NCBI GenBank assembly: GCA_050273025.1
Contig: CP158635.1
Span: 26,722,001-26,786,000 of the forward strand
DNA length: 64,000 nucleotides
DNA from: Cenococcum geophilum
Taxonomy: Eukaryota
Reading direction: 5' to 3'
Below, piece after piece: positions 49,387-61,616 of this stretch (position 1 is its first letter; every line of letters begins with the position of its first letter). Under the pieces are notes generated by a model, which did no database searches, was not told the origin of the DNA, and saw nothing but the letters and a program-made list of their open reading frames with translations. The position numbers were made by a program, and so were the translations under genes.

Positions 49387-50451
49387 CTAACCAAGCATGC
49401 TCCTCTTCCTCCCCCTCATCCTCACATCCTCCAGCCTCTTCAACACAACCTTCGCGCCACGATAGCTATCCGCGTACACCCGCAACACCTCGCGGAACAG
49501 CGGTTTGGCCGCCGGATGCGTGGCCGCGAAGGCGCGCTCCAGCACGTACAAGTCCACCGCGCGGTCCTCGTCATGCGACGACTGCGTCGCCAGGCCGAAG
49601 TCGATCAGGACGATGTCGCCGGCGAGGGAGGTAAGTGCCGCTGGAGCGGTGGAGGATGGAGGTGCTGAGGGGGGTGTTGGGGGAGTAGTACCGGTGTCGG
49701 TGATAGCGGCCTCGCGCTGTGCGGAGACGGTCCCCTGTCCTGCTGCCAGGGACGCTCTCACGGCTTCTCTCTCCCTCTCCCTCTCCAACTCGTCCTTAGT
49801 CGGCTCGTCCTCCCCCAGCGCATCTGCAACCCCCTCCTCTCCACCACCACCACCCCGCGGCGGCCTCAGCATCAAGTTACTCGTCGTCAGATCCCCATGA
49901 CAAACCCCAATCTCATGCATCCGCCCCACCGCGCGCCCAACCCTAGCCATAAGATCATAGAGCCCGCGTCTCGCCTCCCCCCCAGCATCCTCATCCCCAT
50001 CCCTCTCCCCCTCTCCTCTCCCACCCCCAACACCGCTCTCCCCCCCCAACCCCCCAACCCACCCATCAAGCACCGCCCTCACCGTCCCCCCCTCAACCCA
50101 CTCCAGCCCCACCCACCCGGCCTCCCAGTCCGCCGCCAGCACCGCCGGCACCTTGACCCCCTCGCGCCGACACTTCACCAGCACCCTCGCTTCCGCCAGC
50201 AGTCGCGCTTTCGTCAGCCGCTTGTCGAGCGTCGGGTGCCGGTACGGTTTCGGGGGGCGGACTTTCAGCGCGCAGGGCGTGGTGGGGGAGAGGAGGGTTG
50301 TGCGGAAGAGGAGGGCTTCGGCGCCTTGGGCGAGGGGCGTGAGGGGGGTGGTGGAGGTATGAAAGGGGGCGGGGAGGGTGTGCGAGGGTGGTAGTGGTGC
50401 TGGCGGTGGCGGTGCTGGCGGGCCGTTGGCGGTGGGCGGAGGGGAGGGCAT
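49387..50451 (-). CDS. BUD32: KEOPS/EKC complex atypical kinase Bud32 (PRPK)
   Basis: QGAEA, KPYRHPTLDKRLT, HGDLTTSN, IDFGL, EDRAVDLYVLERAF and C-terminal RGRKRSMLG. Confidence 0.95.
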   Translation of the reverse strand: MPSPPPTANGPPAPPPPAPLPPSHTLPAPFHTSTTPLTPLAQGAEALLFRTTLLSPTTPCALKVRPPKPYRHPTLDKRLTKARLLAEARVLVKCRREGVKVPAVLAADWEAGWVGLEWVEGGTVRAVLDGWVGGLGGESGVGGGRGEGERDGDEDAGGEARRGLYDLMARVGRAVGRMHEIGVCHGDLTTSNLMLRPPRGGGGGEEGVADALGEDEPTKDELEREREREAVRASLAAGQGTVSAQREAAITDTGTTPPTPPSAPPSSTAPAALTSLAGDIVLIDFGLATQSSHDEDRAVDLYVLERAFAATHPAAKPLFREVLRVYADSYRGAKVVLKRLEDVRMRGRKRSMLG

Positions 50452-51629
50452 GGCGACGTGGTGGTGGTGGTGGAGGAGGGTGTGTGACTACGAGAGATGT
50501 GGTGAGGGCGGTAGGCAGCTTGGTGTGGGTGATTGTAGGCTGTGGTGTGGTTATGGGGGTTGAGTTGTCGAGGGCGTGTGCGTGGTGTTGGAGGGCGAGC
50601 GCGGGTCGAAATTTTGGTGATGGTGGGGGTGACGCTAAGTGGGGTGTAACGCTTGGTTGGTTTAGAAGCGCGAGATAGAGTTATAGTAATAGCTGCAGGG
50701 ACATGGTCTTTATGTGTTTAAGAGGTTCTAGAAGACTTTCCGCGGATTGTCAGCCCAGTAGCCCGGCATCGCGAATAGACCTAGTCCGCTCAACTTCGCA
50801 ATACCAGAGTTCGGGATAGATATTCACGTCACACGCAAAATCAAAATCTAGTACGCTTCAAATGAGTGATCGCATTTTCGTCTTACATTCCTATCAAGTC
50901 CAAGCCCTAGCCACTACCATTTCACCGTTTTGAAGATGCCTTAGACCGCCCTATCTGTAAAGTTGAAGAAAGGAGGGAAAAAGCAAAAGGAACAAAACTC
51001 CCACCGCAAAAATCGCCCAGATATGCTTGCCCGAAGGGAGCGCCACAGAGACTCGTAGAAAAGAATAAAACGAGTGTAAGGATCCACCCAGCCGCAGGCC
51101 GGAGTATCGTTGTGGTTTTTTTCCAAGTCCCTCGCTGACGCCCCCTTCCCATCTTTCAAACACTACCGGCTAAAAAGATCCCCAAATCAAGACTAACAGG
51201 AAGGTGTCCATTTTTTCAGAAAGGGAAGCCACACGACCGCATGCTCATTACAGCAGAGATCACGTAACTTGAGGAACAAGGGTGGGGTAAGGAAGCAAGA
51301 ACGGGAGGCACTTTAGCACTTGAGACGCCTCATTGCTGAGCAATCAGACACCTTCAAGAGCTGAAGCGGAGAAGAGAAGTGTCATGAAATAATGGATAAC
51401 TACCGGGAACCAAATGCAGACTCCTCTCCTACCATCTGCACCCAAAAAAAGCCACGCAATAAACAGGGAATAACAAGAAAAGGGAAATCATGATTGGCCG
51501 TAAAAGCATTGCGGTGTCTCCAAAGGGAAGGGAACCGCACAATATGGACAATTGAGAACCCCAACTCAAGGTCTACCCGAGTAGGGAGGGTCTCACAACC
51601 TTCCCCCCACTGCTTTCGAATTAGTTCCT

Positions 51630-53315
51630 TTAGAACATTGAGCTCTTCCGCTTCTCAGCGCTGGTCAACACGAGCAAAGGCATCTTACGGCGCTCGCCCG
51701 AGGCTGGCTTTGGTTCCTCGACACGAACCTCAACCAGTTGTCCACCGATTCCAATTCCCTCATCACTGCCAAGGCTATTAGCAGTGTAGCATCCGTCAAT
51801 GCTAGTGCAATCACGAGATCGTTCCTTCATCTCCTTCCTCTCCGAGCCAATGGCGCCATTGGCTGCGGCACGGAGGCTCCCAATGCTAGGCTTGCCAGAC
51901 AGGCTACCGCTTCCACCGCTGTGCACACTATCAGAGTCGTTGTCAGACGACAGTGAAAAGGCGATATCAGTCTCGCTGACTGGGGTCATGCTTCCACCAC
52001 TGCCAGTGCGAGCCCCACGGCGCTCTATTCCAGCGCGGACAAGGCTGTGGACAGCACGACGGCGTTGACGAGTGGCAAAATTCTTGCTGCCCTCATGCTT
52101 GGTCGTTGGGCTGACCTGAAGCTCCTCGAACGGCGGAGGGTTACGAGGCTGACGAATAGGATGTTCACCAGCGCGAGCCTGACCAGGTCCAAAGGTACCG
52201 GTGCCAGGCGTTTGAGGAAAGCCTGCTGAACGGGATTTTGGTCCTTCATTAGAAGTGTCGTTGACGTTGTTGAAAACGAGAGACGATAATGCCTTTTTGT
52301 GGCCACGGCGGAAAGCATTGGCGGATGGTGGTGGAAGAGGGACCACTTCCTGCGGGGGACTTGGTGATTTCTTAGGAGGGGATGAGCTGCGAGATGTGAA
52401 AGGGCTGGAGCTCATCTCATTTGGAGGAGATACTTCGGCGCGGAAGGTTGGCGTGTTCGCCTTTGGAGGCGACGAGGTGTAACTCGGCGTTGGCGGAGGC
52501 GGCGAGTTAGCCAGCTGCTGCGAATGCTGGTACATCTGGTCGACAACATAGTTGTATTGACCAGTCATTTGGTTGAAGACCAGATAGACACCCGGTTGGC
52601 CAGTTTCCTGGGGCGCTTGCGCGTTGCTCACCTGCTGGTTGTAGAAATTCATGTTCGGGGTGAACGGCGTAGCAGGGAACTGCTGCGACTGGCGCATGCC
52701 ATTCGAATTGAGATTCATGCCTTGAAATTGCTGGGCCGTGAGATTGAGGAGCTGCTGCTGGAGCTGCTGCTGCCTTTGCTGAAGATACATCTCCGTAGCC
52801 ACGAGCTGCGCGACTACGCTAGGGTCCATCTGCTCATCCTCCAACTGGACAGGTGGTGGCGCCAAGACTTGCTCTGGAAGGGAATAGATTTGCTGTCCCT
52901 GTCCCAGACTAAACTGATTCTGGCCAGCTCCAGAAAAGCCAGAGGCAATTGCAGTCTGAGGCATCCCGCTATTAAGCCCGCCGTAACCGTGACCAGCATA
53001 TCTGGAAGAATCCGAACCACTGAAGCGTTGCTGGCCCACGTGGTAAGGAGCGGATGATGGGCCAGTCGCGGAAGTAGGGGTCTTCGGAGCAGTGCGGAGT
53101 CCCGCAAGAAGGTGAGATCTACTAGTTCTAGGAGTAGGATTTTCAACTTGATGCTCGCTAATAGAAGCTATCTTTGGAGGAGAAGCGACGCTGAGACGCT
53201 TGAGCTGAGCGCCTTTGCCGCGAGATGCAAAACCGGCGCCCGGAAGGCCGAGACCGCCGCTTGTCTGAAAGTTATTGTAAGTCATTTGAGCAAGACCGCC
53301 AGCGTCCAAGCTCAT
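51630..53315 (-). CDS. Uncharacterised low-complexity (Gln/Ser/Pro/Gly-rich) protein
   Basis: 561-aa single ORF with coding-like composition, a polyQ tract and short motif-like blocks (PRTSRSHLLAGLRTAPK, FRRGHKK, FATRQRRRA, LVLTSAEKRKS). Confidence 0.85.
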   Translation of the reverse strand: MSLDAGGLAQMTYNNFQTSGGLGLPGAGFASRGKGAQLKRLSVASPPKIASISEHQVENPTPRTSRSHLLAGLRTAPKTPTSATGPSSAPYHVGQQRFSGSDSSRYAGHGYGGLNSGMPQTAIASGFSGAGQNQFSLGQGQQIYSLPEQVLAPPPVQLEDEQMDPSVVAQLVATEMYLQQRQQQLQQQLLNLTAQQFQGMNLNSNGMRQSQQFPATPFTPNMNFYNQQVSNAQAPQETGQPGVYLVFNQMTGQYNYVVDQMYQHSQQLANSPPPPTPSYTSSPPKANTPTFRAEVSPPNEMSSSPFTSRSSSPPKKSPSPPQEVVPLPPPSANAFRRGHKKALSSLVFNNVNDTSNEGPKSRSAGFPQTPGTGTFGPGQARAGEHPIRQPRNPPPFEELQVSPTTKHEGSKNFATRQRRRAVHSLVRAGIERRGARTGSGGSMTPVSETDIAFSLSSDNDSDSVHSGGSGSLSGKPSIGSLRAAANGAIGSERKEMKERSRDCTSIDGCYTANSLGSDEGIGIGGQLVEVRVEEPKPASGERRKMPLLVLTSAEKRKSSMF

Positions 53316-55876
53316 TATGGTCGGTCGTCTAAGAAGCAGTTCGTCGTGAAAAAGGTAAAGCTGTAGAGGAAGAGATGACGCAGACAGTGTCAGGAATGAT
53401 AATGGATCGAAACAAAAAACCGAGCGTGGCAGGATAACCGACGGACGGCTCGTTTGAGGGAGTGTTTGAAGCTTTGAAGTATGCCCGAGCGTGAACCGAT
53501 GTTATGTTATACAGCAAACGTTTGCCAGGAAGACAGACGTCAGGATTGACTTGCGGAGATTAGGTGATTAAGGATCGTAAGATCCAGCTAGTTAAAAGTC
53601 TGAAAATCGTAAGGCCGGCCGACGGGCTTCGTCGATGGGTATGGACAATGCGAGTCGCTGAGCCAACAGGCGAGTGGACAGTGACGGACGCGTCGAGGGC
53701 TGGAGGCAAAAAGGGTCGAAGAAGGCTCGGTCGACAAGGCCGAAGAGATTGAAGCGAAGAGAAAGAAGCAGCGGTATTGACAAGTGGATACAGGAAGAAG
53801 CCGTGAAGGACGGGTTTAGATAGCAAGCTGGACTAGGCGTCACGGTTTGATATGCGGCAGGTCTTGCTTGCTCTGCAAAGCACAAGGAGCGACGACGCAG
53901 GCGCGCTCGGCAAAGGGCTGATTAAGGCTGAGTCCGAGGACGGTATATAATAAGACGCAATAGATGCAAGAGCGAGCTGCAGCGGCTAGGAGGAATAGAG
54001 AGAGCGAGAGAGAAGGAAAGGGCGGGAGGGTGAAGGCGGAACAAAGAAGGGCTGCGTGAAGGGGAGTCGGGATGGGTGTGGAGGGGGAGAAGAGCGATGG
54101 GGATGGAGAGAGTGAAGATGCGAAAGACGGTCGGGGTGTGCAGCCTTCAGCCTTGGCGGAAAGGCTAGTAGGGGAAAGTGGGCCAACCAAACGCGAACCC
54201 AACCTGTGAACGCCACGGGGCCCCTATACTGCCCAAGTGAGTCCTTGCGGCCCTTGCGAAGCCTGGCAAATCACAGTGCCCACCGCCCCGATTTCGTGAT
54301 GAAAATCTGAAGTTCAACGCGTCCTCGGCCTGCTCTTTGCCCTGCTTACGCCCACTGCCCGAGAGGCAATGGCTCATATTTTGCGACTTGAAAGAGCCAG
54401 CGCATGCACATCACCCACCTCACCGGCTTCAAAGAAGTGAACAGCGTCTATCTGTTCCACTGACGGCCCGCGAGCTCTGCGCTGGGCTTCTAGTGGGCGC
54501 CTAAGCATGCAGCCTCCTCGAAGGATTTCCTCTTTCGCCATCGTGGCCGCCCTCCATCCACTCATCGCGGCCTCTATGCGCCTTCAACCAGCAGCAACAG
54601 TGACGCTGGAAATAACGGCCTGCATATTCCTGTCCTCCTGATGTCGATTGCGATGAGCCATACCTACCGCCAGGTGCTGTTTGCAAATTTTTTTCTCTGT
54701 GCATGAAGGAGAGGGAGGACCCGCAGATTTTCAAGCTGCACCGCTACGGCCCAAACCCAAGGGCCTGTTTAGATAGACAGCTGCTACGTTCTGAACAAAG
54801 GCTTGCTTCGGGGAGCCGTCGCGACCCAATCGGTCTTCGTGATCCGCACCTGAAGGGCTTCGGAAGTCTTCTGAGTCAATGCGAACTTATCCATAAACTT
54901 AAACCCCGTACAGACCCTGATTTTCATGAAGCCAACCCGATTTTGCTAGAGCGGCTGAGGTCAACCCGAAGCCCTCGAAACGAAGCTGTACGGCAAAGAC
55001 CAGAAGTGGCCTGGAACCTGCAGCTGTGAAAGCGCTCGACGGCCGGTTCAGCCGATCCGGCAATTCCCAATAGATTCGCCGACCTCTATGGCGCTTAGAG
55101 GCTTGCTTCCGCACATCGCCTTGAATACAGTCAGCAGCAGAGGAAAAAAAAAACCCTTTCTTCAGCTTCGGCGTCTCCTCCACGATCAATTGCGCGAGAA
55201 ACCGTTTTCATGCCCGGCCTGACTGGCCCATGGCGCCGCTGTCAAATTCTGTCAAGGTGACGGTCGCGTTTCATCTCCGGGATTTGAATGGGGTGCCTAT
55301 TTGGGAGGCCCGGAACTGTCTCAACCAACCTGCATCAGCCCTAACCGTGCACATCTCATCTCGCGAACGGTCATAACCTGTCAGGCACGCAAAACCAAGC
55401 TTCGAGCCGGCACAGGAACTGTTGAAACGCTTCTTCCTTGGCTTGCTTGGCCGTCTTATGCAAAATGCTTCTCCTTAGAAGCCCTCTCCAATGCAATTTA
55501 CTATGTCGCCCTAAGCTATTTTTACGTTGGCTAAGATAATATGTGTGGTGGGAGAGCCTCTCAGCTAGCTCTCCCCCAGGAACGTATTTAGAACAAAAGA
55601 AAATTATCGCCAAGACGATCCATATTTGACCAGCCAAGACCAGAACGTGGCAAATATCCATCGCACAAATATTAGTCACCTACTACCCGTCGGTTCCAAG
55701 AATCCGATCCATCTAATTTCATGCATGCTCTTCGATGCCCGACAATTCTTATGCATGCCATTGCATGATGTTATCTTTCCGCCTTAAGTAATTAATTCCT
55801 CCTTGATCCACCAAAACTAAGCCAATTCAAAATAACGGCCGGCAATGTATGATGTATAATGCTCTCCAGTAGGCGT

Positions 55877-57452
55877 CTACATATAGCGACGCGTGGGCGA
55901 GCGAGAACGAGAACGAGCATAATGCCCATGGTATCCCGTAGTAGGGGACTCAAAAGTACGCGTCTCCCGATCGGGGGCAGGCTTGCCGATGTGGGTCGAC
56001 CCCTCTGCAGAAGAAAACTCATCAGTCCCTGGACACTAAATCTCTGGCTGTTCCACAAACCCCTCCGAAATCGCTTTGTCCAGACCTACGACCGGATACC
56101 AGGTTTACTTACGGACCGTACCCAATCCAGCTGGAACCGCCCATACCAGGCTTCCAAGAATATCGCCTCTCTGACCCTTCGCGTTCTCTACCGTTATATT
56201 CTTCCTCCCATTGAAAGGTTCCTTCGAATAGTCTGCAAGTAACAACTCGTTCTCCCCAAAGGTGAAGTCTCTATTGCGCACATAGCCTCCTGGTTGCCCT
56301 AATAGAGTGCCGTATCCATCCCTCTTCGCCACAACAAGACGCTCTTTGATCAGTACCTCATGTATTTGAGCTAGTAGACCGTCCGTTGGCTGTGTGACGA
56401 TACTGAGCGGCTGCGCCTGTGGCTCTGGTTTAATAAGTTGCCGTTCCAGGAACAGCTCAACCTGCTGTTGCTGGCTAGCTGCTATCTGTACTTCAAGAAG
56501 TACTTGACCTAGAGGATTGTGATGGCCAACCGATTGACGTAGTATGGTCAAAAACCTGGGTTGTCTGATAAGCCCATCACGATGACGTTCTGAAGATTCC
56601 TTCATAAAGGTGAGCAGTTCTTGATCTTGTAATATTTCCGCAAGGATATAGAGATGTTCTAGGAGTGCAAGCGTTTCCATAGCGAGTACCGGATATCCGG
56701 TCCTAAGCTTCTTAGATGAGAATTCGCGAAGCTCTGTGTGACTGTGGTCGGCTGCAAAGGCATATAATTTCATCTCCTTTACGAAAAGATCAAAGGTAGC
56801 ATCCGTAGTGTGAACATTATCGGCTCTCGTGGACAAGCTAGACCATTCTGAGACGCTTCCTGCCGCATCGACAATTTGTAGCGGCATAGAGGGCTTGAAT
56901 GGTAGGTAGTCTCCATGAGCTAAATATTGCTTCACGCGCAGAAGAGATTCTACCGACTCAGTAGCACCTAACCGGCATACCGATAAGCCAGTACCAGTGT
57001 TTAGCGTCTGGCCTTCCTCGAGAATCTTCGCTAGGCATTCCGGTGGCAGTTTCTCGAGTTGTCTACCTGGAATATTATATTCGTCTGGAGAATCCTGCGT
57101 TCCAAAAAGAAGAGCAACAGGCACTTCAATAGAACTATTCTGAATCAGCATCTTTGTCGACGAGCCAAGTAGATGCTCCAACGGAGCAGTTTAAAAGGGC
57201 CAGGTCTACGGAAAGTATGTTTCTTGGAGGAATTGAACCGGCGATGTCTTGGCAAGCTGAGCTTGCAGGTCACGCCAGATCCCGGTCATTTCATTTGGCT
57301 CACCTTGATGTAGTAGCTTTTTCTGGCGCTTCACCATTAGATGCAACAAGTGCGCTAGTTTTTGTAGGTTCGCTATGTCCATTGGCGCCTTCAGCAGCCG
57401 TACCGTAAATGCCATTGCTCTCGACTTTGGGCACAGCCCCGCTGTTCTCCAT
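55877..57452 (-). CDS. Hypothetical protein, possibly frameshifted near the 5' end; SH3-like segment and RS-rich tail
   Basis: 358-codon central ORF; donor at 56112 and acceptor at 56005 add ...YARSRSRSPTRRYM*; upstream ATG at 57452 with a TATA-like box, but I found no splice that joins it in frame. Confidence 0.55.
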
Positions 57453-58165
57453 GACTAGATGCAAAGGTAGAGTTGTCGCTTTTTATAAATAGATGCTCAA
57501 TGAAAGTGAGAAGTTATCGTCGTGGTCAGAGAATGGTATGCAGATTGGGAGTGAGAAAGAAATTCTTAATCAGAGAATGAAGTTTGGTTTTTAACAAGGT
57601 GAAAGGAAAATCCGTGTTGAGACAAGCTGCCGTTACGAGCAGAAAGGTGCGCAGACGCAAAATATGCCCCGTCGCTGAGTTTGTGCATGCAATGTATCAG
57701 TTTGCGAAATGAAAAACTTCTCGCGCCACCAGAGTCAGCGGTCTTGCTGGGAAGAGCCAAAGAGTCTTACCGAGAGGGTGAGATGTCTGGGATGCAAGAG
57801 GAGAAAGAGATGCTCTACGTTTGTGGAAGATTTAAGGAGCGAAAGGGTGATGACTATTGCGACCCTGCCACAATAGAACGTGATGAAGTGGAAGACGACA
57901 GGAGTAAGCAGGTCGAGAAAGTGGCCTGTATCGGGGGTGGTGGATTTCTCCGAAAGCACTGGTCCATGCTGGTGGACTCTCACCCGACCTCCTCCGCCGG
58001 AACCCCAAGCATACTTTCATCACCACTGCACATATTCATTTCAGTGTCACCCATAATCCAGCATTAATGCTATGGCTCTAACTAATGCATGTGATATCTT
58101 GAAAGCAAATCTGCAACGACAGACTCTAAGAAGAAATGCACCGTGTCGAAATGCATATATGTGCC

Positions 58166-60467
58166 CTACCGTCTGGTGCCCAGCATCTCTGCACCCAATC
58201 CATCCCGTCCTTCGTTTCTCGTTATTGTCTCTGCTGCTTTGACCAGATCATAGTTGATTGTTTCGTTTACCACACTATCCTTTTTGTACTTAGGGTGATT
58301 GCCGACAAAGTTCCTGATCCACTTTGCCGTTGTCCACAGCGTACCATCGGCCCGCTTCCTGATCAAGTCGAGATACCTAGCCAGCTCGCAGCGGGTCTCG
58401 ACATCTACATTCATACTATTCAGATAACTCTCCACGAGCGGGATTAAGCCAGGGAATCCGCCCTCCGTAGACTGCTGCCCGTTGATGACCTCATTGATAG
58501 TCATAAGCTCATACTCATCCTCTACTGAACCTAAAGGAGAAGAGGGCCTGCTGATGGCAGCTGGCGTCGACGTGCCCGAAGTATTTGCTGATTTCCCTAA
58601 CCGAGAAGGGAAAGGATTCTTACGGAAGTAAAATTTCTCGGACGAGACTGCGTCACGAACATGAGCTGTCTCCATGTTCTCCGAGACCCTTGCTATCGGT
58701 ATATAAAAATTAAGGTCGAAACTTAAGATCGCACGAGTGATTAAGACAATGAAAACAGAGAACGCCGCATTCTCGAAATCTGTAATCTGAATCTCCATTG
58801 GACGGAACTCAACTCGCCAGCCGGTATCACTGCCTGGTGGTGGCGGCTTGAATCGCATATGCTGCCAGTTAGTGGACTGGAGATTTTCAAAGTGATCGGC
58901 CTTCTCGAGATCGAGCTCCTTGAGATCTTCCGCAAATACAACGATCGGATCACGGATGAACAGGTGGGCAAAGTGAGTTGCCAGAAGATCGTCCATTCCG
59001 CCGTCCAATAGACGTTGCTTCAAGTCCTTGTCAATAACCAAATTTGGGTCCAAGTATTCTTTCCGTAGGCGAGGGTCCTGTGAAATGTATGTCGAATTGG
59101 ATGCATATCTCGATTTCGGAACACGCCACCGGTCGTTTTTGAGGGGCTAATAAAACATAAGTCAAGGATCAAGAAGAAACTTCATCACTTTATCTTACCA
59201 ATTCCCCAAGTTCCTCTCGTGTACGATCATCCACGGCCCGGCTGATTTGGTTCCATCGGACATCTGTATCGGCGAGGAATCCTTTATAGATGGGAGTGGC
59301 TGCAGTTAAGGCGAGCAAGATCGGACCCAACGGACTGAGCTGGTCATACATTTTTCGTCCTTCTGCAATGTTTTTTGCTTGAAAGGTAATCTGCAGGCAG
59401 CAACTTCCCATGCCAAAAGCCATGGCGTCCATGTAGATATAACCGTCCTTCGCGGCGCCATTACGCACATCATCATCTTCGGGCCATTTGTGGAGATCGT
59501 AGTCCACAGTGGGATCTTTAAATGGCCATGGGGTCTTCTCGTCTCTGAAAACTGGCACATTAATCTCAACCTTCCTTCCCCTCCTGGAACGAATGTTTGC
59601 CGCCAACGTCGGAAAGCGAATATGAGGGTTTGCGATCTCGTCGGGGACGAACTGTGATCGTAGCTTCTCTCCCATAATCGGATAACTGGGGGTGGTACAG
59701 TCCTTCGTGCCTAGTCGAGGAAATGTTGTCAATGTAATGGGATACTCGGTCGGAGCCATGTGATCTTTTGCTATTGCTCGCCTGCATAGCTAATCAGCGT
59801 AACCATAGCCTACAATTGAGCTTAATTTGAGTATACCGCCACTTCATATTGTGTTCAACATCCAAAAGATCTTTGAATCCAATGCCCCACGGTTTCCCTG
59901 GGGTGGCTTCAAGCATGAAGCGACCGAATTCTGGGTGAAAGACCGGTGCTGTTTCCCCTTCCCTATCGAAGTTAGTGGAAGGTAATCATTTAAAATGACT
60001 ACCCATGCTCACTTGACGTGACCTCGCTGTACGTCAGGTACACCGCCTCCCTGGTTTAGCAGCGTCTCATCATCAGCCAGACATGCCAGTATATCTGCCT
60101 GACGCAGAGAGAGTCGCACCGTGTGGTGTTCGTCGTCGTAGCATACTACCAAGTATTCCACCTACAATACCTATTAGCCACAGTTTGCGATGGCTTGAAT
60201 AGGGCTGCATGAAACCTCGTCTCCCCAGAGTAATGCATCCCTCTCTTTGCCCTTTGCCCCGCGCCAAATAGCAAGCAATTGCTACATTATTCGTGAGTTC
60301 GTGGCTTTTACATCTTCATAGAGTACTCTGTACCTCGATTCCCCAGGATCGTACATGGCTTGCAACTTTTTTCGCCTCCGGCCAGTCCAACGGGGTTCCA
60401 ACAGCACTTCAGACGCAAGTTAGTGGGCGCATGTGTTACAGTAGTGTGAATCTCACAGCAGCCCCAT
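58166..60467 (-). CDS. GSH1: Glutamate-cysteine ligase catalytic subunit (gamma-glutamylcysteine synthetase), multi-exon
   Basis: MGLL|AVGTPLDWPEAKK, LWGDE|VEY, FHPEFGRFMLEATPG, IYMDAMAFGMGSCCLQITFQ, HFENLQSTNWQ and GWRVEFRPME. Confidence 0.96.
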
Positions 60468-61312
60468 GACAGGCCGATATTATCCTGCGCGTATTCTTCT
60501 CCGAGGCGAAAGCCACGAGGGATCTAGGAACAGTAGCAGATATGCTTGCTTAAGCAGCTAATACCCGGCTAGTTGCCGAGAGAGGAAATTTACGGTTGAA
60601 GTCGTCGCGCCAGGCGAGTGGCGAAGCCCGCAGTGCTATATGGAGCAGAAGCCCTTGCCTGTCTAGATGGGCGCATATAAAAGGCAGAGGACACGCCGCG
60701 GGTGTAATAGGGCGTGAGAACATGGTGAAGAGGTCTGCTGATTAATATGGCAGTCAAATCCATCATTCTAAATTCTTTGTTCCGGAACCTTATCAAATGC
60801 CGATGACGCGAAGCCGGGTGTTCCCTGATTCGTTCGGCATTGCAAGCTTACAACAACCACATCTCGCAAAAGCAAACACTTCGACGAGAGGGATATGGAG
60901 ACACGTTTACGTTCGGTATTATATGCTAGAGAAGTCGTCGTTTTTCTAGTCGCTGGTCGGGATTCTTCTACCGTCAGCGGAATTGCCGAATAGGACCGGA
61001 AGCGCACTGAATCGTTGCGCAGCATCATATATACAAATAAGAGGGGAAAACAGAAAAGTGTCTTCTCACATGCCTGTCGAGGGATATCGGAAAGCTTTTA
61101 CGGATTGTCAACCCGGAATCACTATCTACAAACGTCCCCATTTCCCTTCGAGGAAGCCAGCTCTCGATACATCATCAAAATAAGCATATTTTCTATGCGC
61201 AGCGAGCACTCGCGAGGCCTGTCATTATGCAGCTACTTTCGAGGTTTCTTGTTGGCTTCAGCATCTCTTGTGTAACCCATTCCGTCTTTCGAGGACCTAT
61301 TGAACGGCCTTA

Positions 61313-61616
61313 GGGCGTGTTCGGTTGCAATCCTTTTGTCCGGCAGAAAAGGACGCGTTTGTCCGGATTTATACACGTGTTCGTGGCTTTGAACTGAATC
61401 TGAAATCTGGAACCCAGACCTCCAGATTGAACTGACGCCAAGACCTTCCGTTCAGAAGCTTCATACGGTAAAGTTGCCAATTTTTAGTGTTCTTTTAGCG
61501 TGCAATTCTAGCGTTCTTCGAGCGGTGAGAAGAACATCAAATTTTTGAGGCTATGCAGGCAACATCACTCCGAATCAACGGATTCTGAACTGAATCTGAG
61601 GCAACCGAACGCGCCG
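61313..61616. mobile_element. PIF/Harbinger (Tourist-like) MITE, 304 bp
   Basis: TIRs GGGCGTGTTCGGTTGC and GCAACCGAACGCGCCG (14/16 match); TTA on both flanks; internal direct repeat TGAACTGAATCTGA. Confidence 0.8.
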
